Program-made: the position numbers and the translations under genes
The notes under the pieces: generated by a model
What the model saw: the letters and a program-made list of their open reading frames with translations, nothing else
Databases searched by the model: none
Told to the model about the DNA's origin: nothing
Shown here: piece after piece, positions 48,615 through 59,670 of the stretch
How the letters are laid out: the number at the start of each line of letters is the position of its first letter
Numbering within the stretch: position 1 is the first letter of the stretch
Assembly: GCA_964270895.1 (NCBI GenBank)
Contig: OZ185439.1
DNA: 64,000 nt
Strand: one strand, 5' to 3'
Origin: Podarcis filfolensis
Lineage: Eukaryota

Positions 48615-48987
48615 CAGAAGCTGCGCATACAACACAATGCAATAAAGAACGACCATTTCACCCTTGTCATGAGAAAGGAGTCCTTAATTTATTGTCTGCA
48701 CAATTTTAGTGGCATTTTAGGGGTTGTTGCATGTGTCTGCACCATTAAATTTCCTAGGAGGACTGTGTTTTTTAATAAAACAGCAGAATCTGGGGCAAAA
48801 TAAATGAACAGAATGGCAGGACTGGGTTTCCAGCAAGAAATAGCTTTCTCTGCTTTAAAAGTAGGAAATTAGAACACGAACCAAAAAAAAGGGAGTACCA
48901 GTTAAAATCTGGAGAAATATTTTACTGCCCTCAGTCCCATTAACAGGTCTTCTTTGGCACTTGAGAATGGTCACAAGTAGTTTGCCT

Positions 48988-49117
48988 NNNNNNNNNNNNN
49001 NNNNNNNNNNNNNNNNNNNNNNNNNNNNNNNNNNNNNNNNNNNNNNNNNNNNNNNNNNNNNNNNNNNNNNNNNNNNNNNNNNNNNNNNNNNNNNNNNNNN
49101 NNNNNNNNNNNNNNNNN
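48988..49117. other. Assembly gap (130 N)
   Basis: Run of N inside the presumed GRID1 3' UTR. Confidence 1.
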
Positions 49118-49202
49118 CATTCTTTCATTATTTACAGATATGTACAAGAAAAATGTAAGAGTTCATTTTAATTGTATTAAAAATCTTTGCTGGTCGATTT
49201 CA

Positions 49203-49631
49203 TTATATGGATGTTCCATGGGACGACTCCATGGCTTCTGGAATGACTCCCCCCGGCACAGACTGAAAGGACATTGGGATGGGGGTTTTCACAGGGCTCT
49301 GACGAAATAGTCCTCCGTTTGGTGATCTGTGTTTACACTGTATAGAGGGCATGGTAGCTGAGCTGCTCAGAGGCAGCGGCAGGTTGCTACCAGAGGCACC
49401 TGTGAGTGTCCTGCTGGCACCATGAGTTGTCTGTTCTGGTAAAAAGGAGGTGACAGAAAGTTGTGTGTTCTGGTATTCACGGACAGGCTCTAGGGTCTGA
49501 CTGGGTGGCATGCCCCCAATCTCCAAGGCTGAGATTTCGATGGATGCTGGGGAGAGTTGCTTGTGAGCTAAATCTTCATCGATTAAACTGTTCATACGTC
49601 TGTGGACCTGTTCCAGGTTCACTTCTTTATC
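49203..49631 (-). CDS. GRID1: Last coding exon of glutamate receptor ionotropic delta-1 (GluD1), cytoplasmic C-terminal tail
   Basis: Minus strand reads tttctctcttctctcatag|GAT AAA GAA GTG AAC, giving [37 protein letters not shown]...[44 protein letters not shown]. This matches the GluD1 tail as I recall it (GluD2 ends DPDRGTSI instead). Phase-0 acceptor with polypyrimidine tract; TAA at 49205-49203; C-terminal class I PDZ ligand TSI. Confidence 0.95.
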   Translation of the reverse strand, partial: DKEVNLEQVHRRMNSLIDEDLAHKQLSPASIEISALEIGGMPPSQTLEPVREYQNTQLSVTSFLPEQTTHGASRTLTGASGSNLPLPLSSSATMPSIQCKHRSPNGGLFRQSPVKTPIPMSFQSVPGGVIPEAMESSHGTSI

Positions 49632-50765
49632 CTATGAGAGAAGAGAGAAAAGTTTATTAATTCTGAAGTATTGGGGAGGCTCTATTCCCATCCAAAGAGA
49701 AAGTGGTGACAAGTTTTTCTAGTTCTCATATAATTTGTCCTTCTCCCCACAGTAAAGCCTAAATGTATGTCTTTGTGGCGTCTGGGTCTAGGCTGCTATT
49801 ATGGAGACTCCTTTGACTATCTTTGCTGATTTAGATCAGCCTTCCATAACTTGTGACCTACCCAGTTAACTCACCAGCCATGTATGGTGGGCCACTAGCT
49901 ATTAAATAAACCTCTTCTTGTTGTTTTCTAACAGTGGAATTAGAAAAGTCGGTGGTTGTCAAACACCTGATATTATATGACCAGTGGTTTGGGTGTGCTT
50001 GATGAGTCACAGGTTGTGTGGGTTGATCTAAACATGGTGGCCCAAGCCTTGACAGATGGCAGATCATTTTATCACCCTAACTGTTGATTTCTATAGTATT
50101 ACAGGCAGAAATCCTTTTGCCTTTAGGTCATTTGATCCTTGCATGGCTAAAACAAAAGCAAATGTCTCTGATATTTCATGGTGTGGACTCTTAAGACCAA
50201 CTCAATGCCCTTTGATTATATTGTTGCGCACCATCACAAGTCTGATTTATTTCACAATTGGCAGTGGATTCTCAGTGCACACAGCAGATTCTTGATGTAC
50301 ACAGCAACAGATAATGCTCTTTCACTCATGATAATGTACACTGGTTTCCTCCATTGTTTATGCGAAATGTCGTGCATGAAGTGGCCCTGGGAATGTAAGG
50401 GGATAGATGCCAGGATCGTAGTGGTGGGGCAAATAATTTGCCATCAGCTTGACAGAAGACTAGCAAATATGAACTTAACTGTAACCTATGCAAGACATGG
50501 CCTGTCGTGGACAAAAGTCTCAGAAGTTGATACAGAAAGAAAACACTTGGTATTGGAGATGACGAAGGAGAGGAGCAGCACAAACATTTGTTAAATGTTT
50601 GGATATGGATTATGACTATAAATTCAGCATCAGAAAAAAGTAATAAAGCCTACTGTGAATACAAGGAATAGTGTACGCCACAACCCACACCAGATACCCA
50701 GGCACTTGCCCCGTGCACTATCCAAATCACCCTGCTTTATATGAAAGTCATACAAGCCAAGAGCC

Positions 50766-51030
50766 TGTTATGTACTGAAGTTCTCACCCTGGGCCAGCAG
50801 GGGGAATACTGTAGATAGTTTTCACTCAGGTCGTCATATGCAAATAAGGGATTGAAAGTGACGTTGAGTGATTGGATAGTTACAGAAAATGGTTACTGTT
50901 GCGTTCTAGTGGAGCTCTATATAAGCAGGCTGGCTGAACCCTTCAGTTCAGTTCTGTTCTGGCCTGTGAATAAACAAGAGCTGTTTGAAGAATCGCTGTG
51001 TCGTCTGATATGTTCACCCACAACTTAACA
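50766..51030 (+). mobile_element. Solo LTR (265 bp) in the last GRID1 intron
   Basis: TGTTA...TAACA termini; perfect 5-bp TSD GAGCC; internal ATGCAAAT, ATTGG, TATATAA and AATAAA in promoter-to-poly(A) order on the plus strand. Confidence 0.88.
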
Positions 51031-52641
51031 GAGCCAATGCAAACTGGAGGGACGTTTCTTCCTGTCAGATATTGCTCAGCTGATTAACAAATGTTCAGGA
51101 AGCTAGAGGGCAAATAGTTGCACTAACATTAATAGCTTCAACTATGTACAATATAATATTTCCATGGCCCACCACAGAGTTTCCCATTGTTCCAGCCCAG
51201 TAATGTCTGTAGACAGGAAACAACATGGGACAAGATAATGATCTGGGTACTCCCAGCACGAAGTCTTTCTGCCCCCGTGGAAAGTCAGTAGTGGCTCAAG
51301 AAGCAATTGTGCTATGGACCATCTCTGTGCGCAGAGACCTTACGGGAGTAAAGTAGGATAGAGTAGTGAAAATCATGCTACCCCTTTAGCGTCATCCAAG
51401 CTTGAAGCAGTTGCAGGTAAATAAGAGAAACTTATGGCTTGCAAAGCCAGCTTCCTTAATGAATAATTGTGTTCGTCTTTCAAAAAGATTCTTCCCTTGA
51501 CAGTACATCAAACGTATTTTGAGCTGTGAGCCAATTACGTTTATCTACAACAAACAAGAGTTGCGAGAAACACCAGCATTGACATCTATGCTAGGAAGTA
51601 TTTTTCTAAAAAGCTAATTGAATAGAAACTAGAATATGTCATTTGTATTTCAAGGCAACATGGCCAGTTGGAGGGGGGAATTTTGCCACTAATATTTAAT
51701 CAGAAAAAGTGGCATTACTCAAAGAATTATGGCAACCATATTGGGATTTTATGGGTAGGGAGTGGCAGAGATCTAGCAGTGAGCAAGTATAAAGAAAAAG
51801 GTCAGATTGACCTGTTTTTTTTTCCTGGTCAGTTTGGTGACTTTGTTGCACCAGGATTGGCCTGTATGGGGTACTCAAGTACTCTGTAACTCTGTACTTA
51901 CATCCTTGTTGTTTATCTAAACAAAAACTATAAAAGAGGATTGCCAAATATCTGAAGTGGCCCCCTTATAATTTGGGGGTGCTATATGAAATCTGAAGAT
52001 GCTTTGTCCCATCCCCTCTTTTAAAAAGGGAAAGGGGGGGGAAGATGATGCCAGTGCATTTGTCTAACTGTCCACTACCTGGATTCAATCAATCAGAGGA
52101 AATGATGAACAGTATAGTCCTATAGAGGGAAGTGAGTTTTATCTGTAAAGTGCCCACTTGGTTTTTACAGCAAATGTAGTTTATTTGTAGTGACTTTAAA
52201 GGAAGAACATAGGCACACTAGCTAAAAGAGATGAAAACTTTAATATAACAACTTGGCACTTTCCATCTCAGAAGGCATAAGACATGATTATGCCGTTAAA
52301 TCATATTCCAAATGCCACAAGAAAATGTTTTGTTTTACAGTCCCTAATGAAGATATCAATTTTCATTAGCTTTAAATGTAAAAGAGATTTGTTTTAAGAC
52401 AGGTGATGCAGAAATGCATCTGCATAATATAGGGAAAGTGAAGAAAAATAGATGGAAATGAAAACAGTGGTATAGCATATATACCTACCGTTCACTATAA
52501 TGGCACTGTCTTGAATTTAATATGAAGTGAAAAACAATGGATTGCATTAAATGATTTATTTGCCTTAGTGGAAATCACACCCACTTTAAAAAGCAGTGGC
52601 ACTTAGTTTTGGCTGATCCCCCTATCCACTCAAAGCCTCCC

Positions 52642-52796
52642 ATCTCCCATGGCACAATGGGTCAGTGTGTTTGGCTGTTAACCAGAAGGTTGGTGGTTCA
52701 AGCCCACCCAGGGACGGCTGTGGGCCGGATTCCTGCATTGCAGGGGGCTGGACTAGATGACCATGGGAGTCCCTTCCAACTCTACAGTTCTCTGAT
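52642..52796 (+). mobile_element. Short SINE or chimera: tRNA-Asn(GTT)-derived head plus CR1 3' tail
   Basis: tggcacaatgggtcagtgtgtttggctgttaaccagaaggttggtggttcaagcccacccagggacg closely resembles vertebrate tRNA-Asn with CpG decay; followed by the same CR1 tail as 7389. Confidence 0.75.
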
Positions 52797-53786
52797 CCCC
52801 AAAAGCTGCAACTGAGAGTTGGAACAGATTGAGATATGATGTCAAGGACTGTAATATGCGGTGGCTATCCTGACTTTTGTAAGCAGAAGCAGTTTCTGCT
52901 AAGCAAGCCAATGTCTTGTTCCAAAAATCTCACATTGAAGGTGAACATAAATCACTATTGGCCAAGTGGTATCTTACCACGGTGTGCATATAATCACTTC
53001 GTATGATGGTAATCCATGTGACATGAAGAATTGTACTTCTAGTTTAAAAACTGAGGATGTCAGTCATGTTTCCAAGAACGTGGCTGCTTGAAACCTGACC
53101 AAAAGCACCCCACGCTTATAATGTATATAACCCATAAGGGAATATTTTTTTTAATAATTCTGCATTCACTCCCTCCATTAATACTTTCCAATTTGTCTAG
53201 TCCATTTGCAAGGCCATAATTCCAATTCATTCTGTCAGAATTTGAGTGGCAGAGGTTTCGTTATTATCGCCTGCCAAAGGGAAGAAATGGGAGTAACACA
53301 TGTATTTTGTTGTGATTTTAAAGTAACCGCTATGCACTGTTAAGCTAAATAGATGAATAAACAGTTGGCTTTTAATATACATTAATTTACACCCTCATTA
53401 GTCAAGGTTTTCAATACTTAGCAAGGTGTAATCACTGAACATAGATACATGTGGAAAACAAGACTCAGTGGTGTACATTAATTTAGCACTGTCAACTGAC
53501 CTAGTCAAACATCACTTAATGCTACATAAAATTTGCTGACTGCATTCAGAATGCAGTTTTGCTGGGCTTAGTTTGGCAATTACTGGCACTTATTAAATCA
53601 GACTGGAGCTATATTCCAGATCTTTTCTATGTTACGAAGCAACCAAACCTGTTCCAGAAACTACAGGGACTCCTCAGTGGACAAATAATCAAGGCAAGTT
53701 GAGCAGACAAATGATGAGATGCTATATAGCATCCATTTATTTATTTGATATCTCAGACTTTTAGCTTAGTCTGGACAAGTGAATAC

Positions 53787-54118
53787 TAAGAGGTGCTATT
53801 ATTGCCATCTACAAATATCTGAAGGGCTGTCACATGGAAGATGGAGCAAGCTTTTTTTGTGCTCCTCCAGAGGACATGAACCGATGGATTCAAATTACAA
53901 GGAAAGATATTCTGAGAAAATATTAGGAAGAACTTTCTGATGGTAGTGGGCAGTTGAGAGTGGAATGGACTGTCTCAGAAGGTAGTGGGCTCTCTTTAAT
54001 TTGATGTTTTTAAACAGAGGCTGGATGGCCATTTGGCAGGGGGGTTTAGCTGTGATTCTTGAACTGCAGGGTGTTAGACCAAATGACCATTGGGGTCCCT
54101 TCCAAGTCTATGATTCTA
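53787..54118 (+). mobile_element. CR1 LINE 3' fragment
   Basis: aaatatctgaagggctgtcacatggaagatggagcaagc...aggaagaactttctga...ggggtcccttccaagtctatgattcta (CR1-type 3' terminus). Confidence 0.8.
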
Positions 54119-54124
54119 ACCACT

Positions 54125-54450
54125 GGGGTCCTGGAAGCAAAATTGAAGTTGCTAGGCAGGCTGTTGGAAGTCAGGACCTCCATGATAGCTTTCTCATGAA
54201 TGCTACCAATTCCATTTGCAGAGACAGCCAGATAGCTTTAGCCATGTAGCCTCCATGTGTGAATCAGACATTGGTGTCAGGAGGAAGGGTTGGATTTGTT
54301 AGGCACTGGGGAATATTTTGAGACAAGCCAGGCCTGGACAAGAGGGATAGACTCCGCTTGAATCAAGATGGAACCATACAGTTGTCACTCCATATCAAAA
54401 AGGTGGCAGAGCAGCCTTTGAACTGATGGGGGGGGGGAACCAACGGGAAC
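54125..54450 (+). mobile_element. Decayed CR1 ORF1 C-terminal (SGNH esterase-like) fragment
   Basis: Translates with one frameshift and one stop as WCQEEG/FVRHWGIF*DKPGLDKRDRLRLNQDGTIQLSLHIKKVAEQPLN*, resembling the end of CR1 ORF1 (..RDGLHLN..). Confidence 0.7.
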
Positions 54451-56013
54451 TGAGCCAAGTCGTATTGATACTCTTGCATTTAATTGTAAATATCATCTAG
54501 GCCCATTCTATCATTTACTCCGTGTTAATGGCAGACCCAACAGTTCACATGTGGTTAGATTTTAGCCCCCTTCTTCTTCCATATCCACTGTGAGACTAAA
54601 CATTTAAAAATGTAAATATCCGAAGAAGTTTATTAACATACTCTGTTTCAGAAGCCAGTGCAAGGCAAGCTATTTTCAGAGTAAATTAGTATAGCTTGGA
54701 GAAGAAAAGAACAATTGACAAGGTAATAATTGGATGGGAGGTAGTGATCCTCAAACCACAACCACTAGTTTGCTAGAAAGTAGAGTGCAAATGTAAAGAA
54801 ATTTGGAATGGGCAACTAGGTTGGCCCAAGCTAAGGTAGCAAGACAAAACATCTGAGTTTGAAAGAAATGATGATACAAAGTAAAATAAAGAAAAGTGCA
54901 ATAACCAAAATGAGTAAAGAGTGTTATGGGTGAACAAAATAGCTATTAGGCAAGTGGGTTAATATTTGTTGTACGCTGGCATATTATTGGCTACGAAGCT
55001 TCTGCTCAAATGTTTTAACTGTCTAGTATGACAATTTCCCCCCTGTTGTGGTGGATTTATTTTTATGCAATAATGGAAATCTAAACACATATAGGAATTT
55101 CTAGATATATATTATTTCACTGCTTCTTGGAACATATGAACCAGGTCTGGGAGACTATGAAAAGGGTCTCTTTAGCCAATGTGCCTGTCATTTTCAGGTG
55201 TAAGGTCTGAGAAGAGTGAATTAAAGGTGGCATATGGTGGGTAGACCTTTGGTTTACACAAATACTTCAATTTCAGAAGCAATGGAATGATTTAATCCCT
55301 ACAGTCTTCTTGCTGTGAGTCAAATCATGTTATGGGTGAAATGTAGCTGCCAGTTCCTTATGGATGGATAATAACATTTGAAATAAATACTGGAATGCCA
55401 TGGGATGGATGGATCATGTGGGAAGATCTCAAATCAATGTTGTACATCTATAGAGGCCTATGATGGGACCTGCCCATTTTTCTGAATCTGTTATTCAAAT
55501 ATAAATAAAACTGTGCCCTATCCATTAGGGTGTGCTCATTGTCTCTGTAGGCATCCCAAATAACAAGGCAAATCTGGACAATATAGGGAAAGTTCTCTGG
55601 TGCACCTTATGGTACCTTCTTGGTGGCACAATTCGATTCAGAAAGATAAGGTGCATCAGACATTGCCTAAGCTTTCAAATGGCTTTGTCTCCTTGACTGT
55701 CCAAAGGCCTTGTAACTGGGGAAATGCCCAGAGCTTGAGGTGGTAAGGATGAGATACTTCCTTTCTATTGCTCCTTTTTCCAGCCATAAGGGCACACATC
55801 AGTTTTCATTTCATAAAAGTTCATCAACATTTTGGTGTGAATTTTTCTTCTTCAAATGCACACGTTTTTAGTAGGGAAGTTTGCCCAACACATTTTGCAA
55901 GATTTCACCTAATGCCCTGTGACTTTGTACATTGTTTTCATTAACATGGAGAACTGTATTGCAAAATTCAGAAAAGCGCAAATATCAAAGGGTGGCTGTA
56001 TTTTGGTACAATA

Positions 56014-56233
56014 CAGGGGTACCTCAGGTTACAAATGCTTCAGGTTACAAACTCCACTAATCCGGAAGTAGTTGCTCCGGGTTGCGAACTTTGCCCCAGG
56101 ATGAGAATGGAAATCATGTGCTGGCAGTGCAGCCGGAGGCCCCATTAGCGAAAGCGCTCCTCAGGGTAAAAACAGTTTCGGGTTAAGAACGGACTTCTGG
56201 AACGAATTAAGTTCATAACCCGAGGTACCACTG
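56014..56233 (+). mobile_element. Tc1/mariner (Tigger-like) MITE, 220 bp
   Basis: TA|caggggtacctcaggtta...taacccgaggtaccactg|TA; inserted into an older DNA element. Confidence 0.9.
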
Positions 56234-57008
56234 TACATTGTTTCAGGAAGTGTGAATTATGTAGTTTTGCCTTCCAATTTATCCCTTCATCTCGAGAGGT
56301 GAGTTGGGAGAATATTTCATTTTGACACATAGGTATAGGTTTTATTCACAGTGAATGATTTCCCCAAGACATTCCCAATCACATGGATTGGGGGGGGGGG
56401 TGGTTAAACTGTTAGTTTTTCACAGTGATCTATGCATTCCCCAATGCAAGTCAGTGGACAGATTTCTCAGCCCAAGAAAAATTCATGGGTGGTGGAGGAG
56501 AATCCCACAATCAATGAACCTTTGGGTAAAAAGAGTTCTTGCTAAGTTTCCTTTTTCCTCACGCCAGTTTTTCTTGGAGATGGATGCTATTTTTCTGTTA
56601 CCTACCTTCCCCATGCAAATCAATGGAGACGTTTCCATGCATCTCCAAAAATTCAGGGGGATCCTTTGAGGTAACAGGGTCTTTGTGAGATAGGAGTGAG
56701 ATGTTCTACACATCAGTCTTTCCTAGAGATCAGTGTTTTTTTCCCCCACTCCTGCCCCCAATAATTCATATTGTCACAACCCTAACATTAATGTCTGCCC
56801 TTATGAAAGAACCATTGCATCAATCAATTTGACAGTCTTCTCCCATTTGGCAGAAAATTAAAGCCTTTTTAAAAAAAAATAAATCAAAATTTAAAGGTGC
56901 CCTGCACAATCCCCCCCCCAAGTGTATCTTCTTATAATTTGGCATGCATAATCCACTGGGGAGGGACTACAATGACCAAAAATTTCATCCACTTCTATGA
57001 AAAGGGGA

Positions 57009-57260
57009 ATTGTGAGTCAAGGACCCTCCGCCCACTTGGGATAAATAAGACACAAGACGGGCAACAGAGTGAAGCCACGAGGCTGCCACATACGCTTGAA
57101 TGTGGCTCGACCCCGCCCACAAACCATCCCTATTGGCTGGCCCGCTGGGCAGGGCGTGGCAGCCAGAACAGTGACACAGGAGTCCGACTACGCCCCCCTG
57201 CTGACGTGGGACCAGCTCCCGCTCACAACACCTCCCGTCTGTGAGGAGGAGAGGCTATGT
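57009..57260 (-). mobile_element. Short (about 250 bp) relative of the same unclassified repeat
   Basis: Minus strand: hairpin cctcc..ggagg then tgttgtgagc, ccaat and gggcggg, ending ttgtgtcttatttatccc...gggtccttgactcacaat, similar to the 3' end of copy 2. Confidence 0.55.
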
Positions 57261-57462
57261 CATCACAGTTTTTAGATTCCTCATTATAGTGAATAGGAAG
57301 AAAACAGGGCCTCACTTTTAACAGATCTGATTTGATCTCATAAGACTATAACATGAGCCTGGGTCATGCTAGTGGCACAGCTAATTCAGCATACTGTTCT
57401 CACAGAAGCACATTCTTATAGTCATATAGAAAGCATTCAGATAGGCCAATTCCCTTTTATCA

Positions 57463-57465
<3 letters not shown>

Positions 57466-57531
<66 letters not shown>
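57466..57531. repeat. (TC)n(AC)n compound microsatellite
   Basis: Seen directly. Confidence 0.98.
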
Positions 57532-57534
<3 letters not shown>

Positions 57535-58012
57535 GACTAGTACCTTCCTACAAGGTAAACCAAATGTAACTGTTGTCCACAAGAGATAATTTCAGATAAT
57601 TTCACCGGGCACAATCCCTTTTGCAAGGAAATAATCTGGAATATGTTTTCGTACTTAAAAAGCAGAACTGAAAGGAAGGATGTTATTTTGCCTTTGCTCA
57701 CGTGGTCTCGTGTTTCTGGGAAGCATCAGAGTGCTGGCGAATCTGAAATTCTGAGAAAATACTCAGCGGCACCCTGATGCTTTGGTGTTGGTTCCTTGAA
57801 ACAGATTTCTTAATGTCTGCTGATCTTCAAACAAGATGAGAGCAGTAAAAGGCAATAGCACTACCAAGTAGCCATCACTTGTTTTCTTGGGGGGTGATAC
57901 TGTTGAGTAACCATGTGCAAAATGAAAGAACGTATGCCGATCCCTCCTGAATCAGAGCAAAGGTACATCGAGCATAGCATCCTGTTGTCCACTGTATTCA
58001 GCCAGATAAGGA

Positions 58013-58190
58013 AGGGCTATAGCTCAGTGCTACAGGCAGTGTGTTGCATGCAAAATCAAAGGTTCAGTACTTGGTATCTCCAGGCATGGCTGAGAAAGAC
58101 TCATGTATGCAAACTTGCCTCTCTACAAGCTTACCGGGCAGCTTAGACAGTACTCAGCTAGATGGATCAGTGCAGCTTCCTATATTCCTA
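58013..58190 (+). mobile_element. Old tRNA-derived SINE
   Basis: gggctatagctcagtg...ttgcatgcaaaa..aaggttcagt..tggtatctccagg...tagacagtactcagctagatgga..gcagcttcctatattccta. Confidence 0.65.
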
Positions 58191-58419
58191 TTCCTCCAGA
58201 GGACCCACAAACATGGCTTGAAGCTCTCTCATATTGTCATATCGCCAGCAACTAGAAGCTAGCAGCTACCTCAGAATGTGAAGTTTCCGTATAACCATAA
58301 TGTCTTCTAACCTTTGATAAATTTTATTTTGCTGTGTTTTGTTTTGTTTTGAACTATTCTAGTTGTCTGGAGCTCCTTTGGGGAAATAGACAAAGTAGAT
58401 TTGTTTAAAAATAAATAAT

Positions 58420-58610
58420 AAACAGACAACCTCCATCTAGGCTAGTGGCGATCAATTCCATGCATTAATTATGTGCTGTGTGAAGTACTACTTTATTTTG
58501 TCTGTCCTGCGTCCAGCCCTAGTCAGTTGTGTCTGATGCCCTTGAGCTGTAGTATTATGAGATACAGACAGCTTCTCATTCTGTTTTCTCCATACCGTGC
58601 CTAACTAAGA
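58420..58610 (-). mobile_element. Old CR1-type LINE fragment
   Basis: caattccatgcattaattatgtgctgtgtgaagtactactttattttgtctgtcctg. Confidence 0.5.
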
Positions 58611-59479
58611 TCGATAGTGAGGCTTTTAAGCAAAACAAATTTTAAAAATGAGGCCTTGTTGGCATAATTGACAACATTTCCCGGTGTGAGTCAACATTGT
58701 TTTTAGCAAAGGTTGTTTTCTAGCTGCTGTGACAAAAATGCATCTGATAGCCTGCTGAAACCTTACAGACCTCCAAATATGTGTTCCTCATGTCAAAATA
58801 TCTAGATTCTGGGAACCTGGCATGTTAATTACTTCCCAACAGCCAGGTGGAAGAGCTAAAATTAGGGATGTAGGAAACTACCCTCATCACACAGATGAAA
58901 TTTGTTGGGCTTAAATTCCCTTGGAATTCCTCACTTGAGGAAGTACTTTCAGATTTGCTTCGAATTTCATTCTAGCCAAACTCCAACTGCAACCAAACAG
59001 CATGTTGATACATTTCACTAGTGTTAATGCAACTCTATAGGCTTCTGTTGAATTCTTCAAATTACAGAAGAAAAACATTTTCATGCTTTGAATTTATGGG
59101 GGGGGGGGATACATCATTGGGGCTCACCGAGTCCATGTTTCATTGGGTTACTTTCCCACAAGAAAGAAACCTGGATTGACAGACTGAATCATCAGGAATT
59201 ACAGACGTAATCAAAGACATGATTGCTTTTTTCTCTAAAATGAGAAAAAATGAATTGTACTCCAATATACTTAAGGTATTTTCGCATCAACTAAGCAGCT
59301 GGGATTTCAAAACAGTCATGAATGGGCACTCCAAGTTTCAGATAGACTGGCCCATTCCCTTGAGGAGTTCCTGTGGTTCTGCACACCCTTAAATTAGAGT
59401 TGGATTGAGGGAGATCTCCAGTAGCAGCAATGAATGTGTGTCTATACATATACAGTAGTCAGTTTTGTAAGGTTAAGAA

Positions 59480-59670
59480 ATGGATTATAGTTCAGTAGGT
59501 GATCACGTGCATGGCATGCAGAAGGTCTCAGGTTTGGTCCCTGGCACATCTAGTTATAAGGAACTCAGTTGCACTGTTTGGGAAGGGCATCTATGCCTGG
59601 CAAAGCAGTTGGCATGGACAGTACTGGCCCGATGCATCAATGGTCTGGCACTGACTCAGAACAATACAGA
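59480..59670 (+). mobile_element. Old tRNA-derived SINE
   Basis: ggattatagttcagtagg...ggcatgcagaaggtctcaggtttggtccctggca...ggacagtact..gatgcatcaatggtctg. Confidence 0.55.

Larger units (their letters stand above)
46195..49202 (-). other. GRID1: Probable GRID1 3' UTR (about 3 kb)
   Basis: Follows the stop codon. The end is inferred from the candidate poly(A) signal at 46215-46220 and is not proven; another AATAAA lies near 48690. Confidence 0.4.

Noticed and set aside
50178-50594. 138-aa plus-strand ORF, or the penultimate GRID1 exon
   Set aside because: No frame I examined gives the expected GluD1 M4 region (KWW...ELWW); treated as intronic.
52642-52716. Functional tRNA-Asn gene
   Set aside because: Acceptor and D stems are degraded, CpGs have decayed, and it is fused to a CR1 tail, so it is a retroposed derivative.
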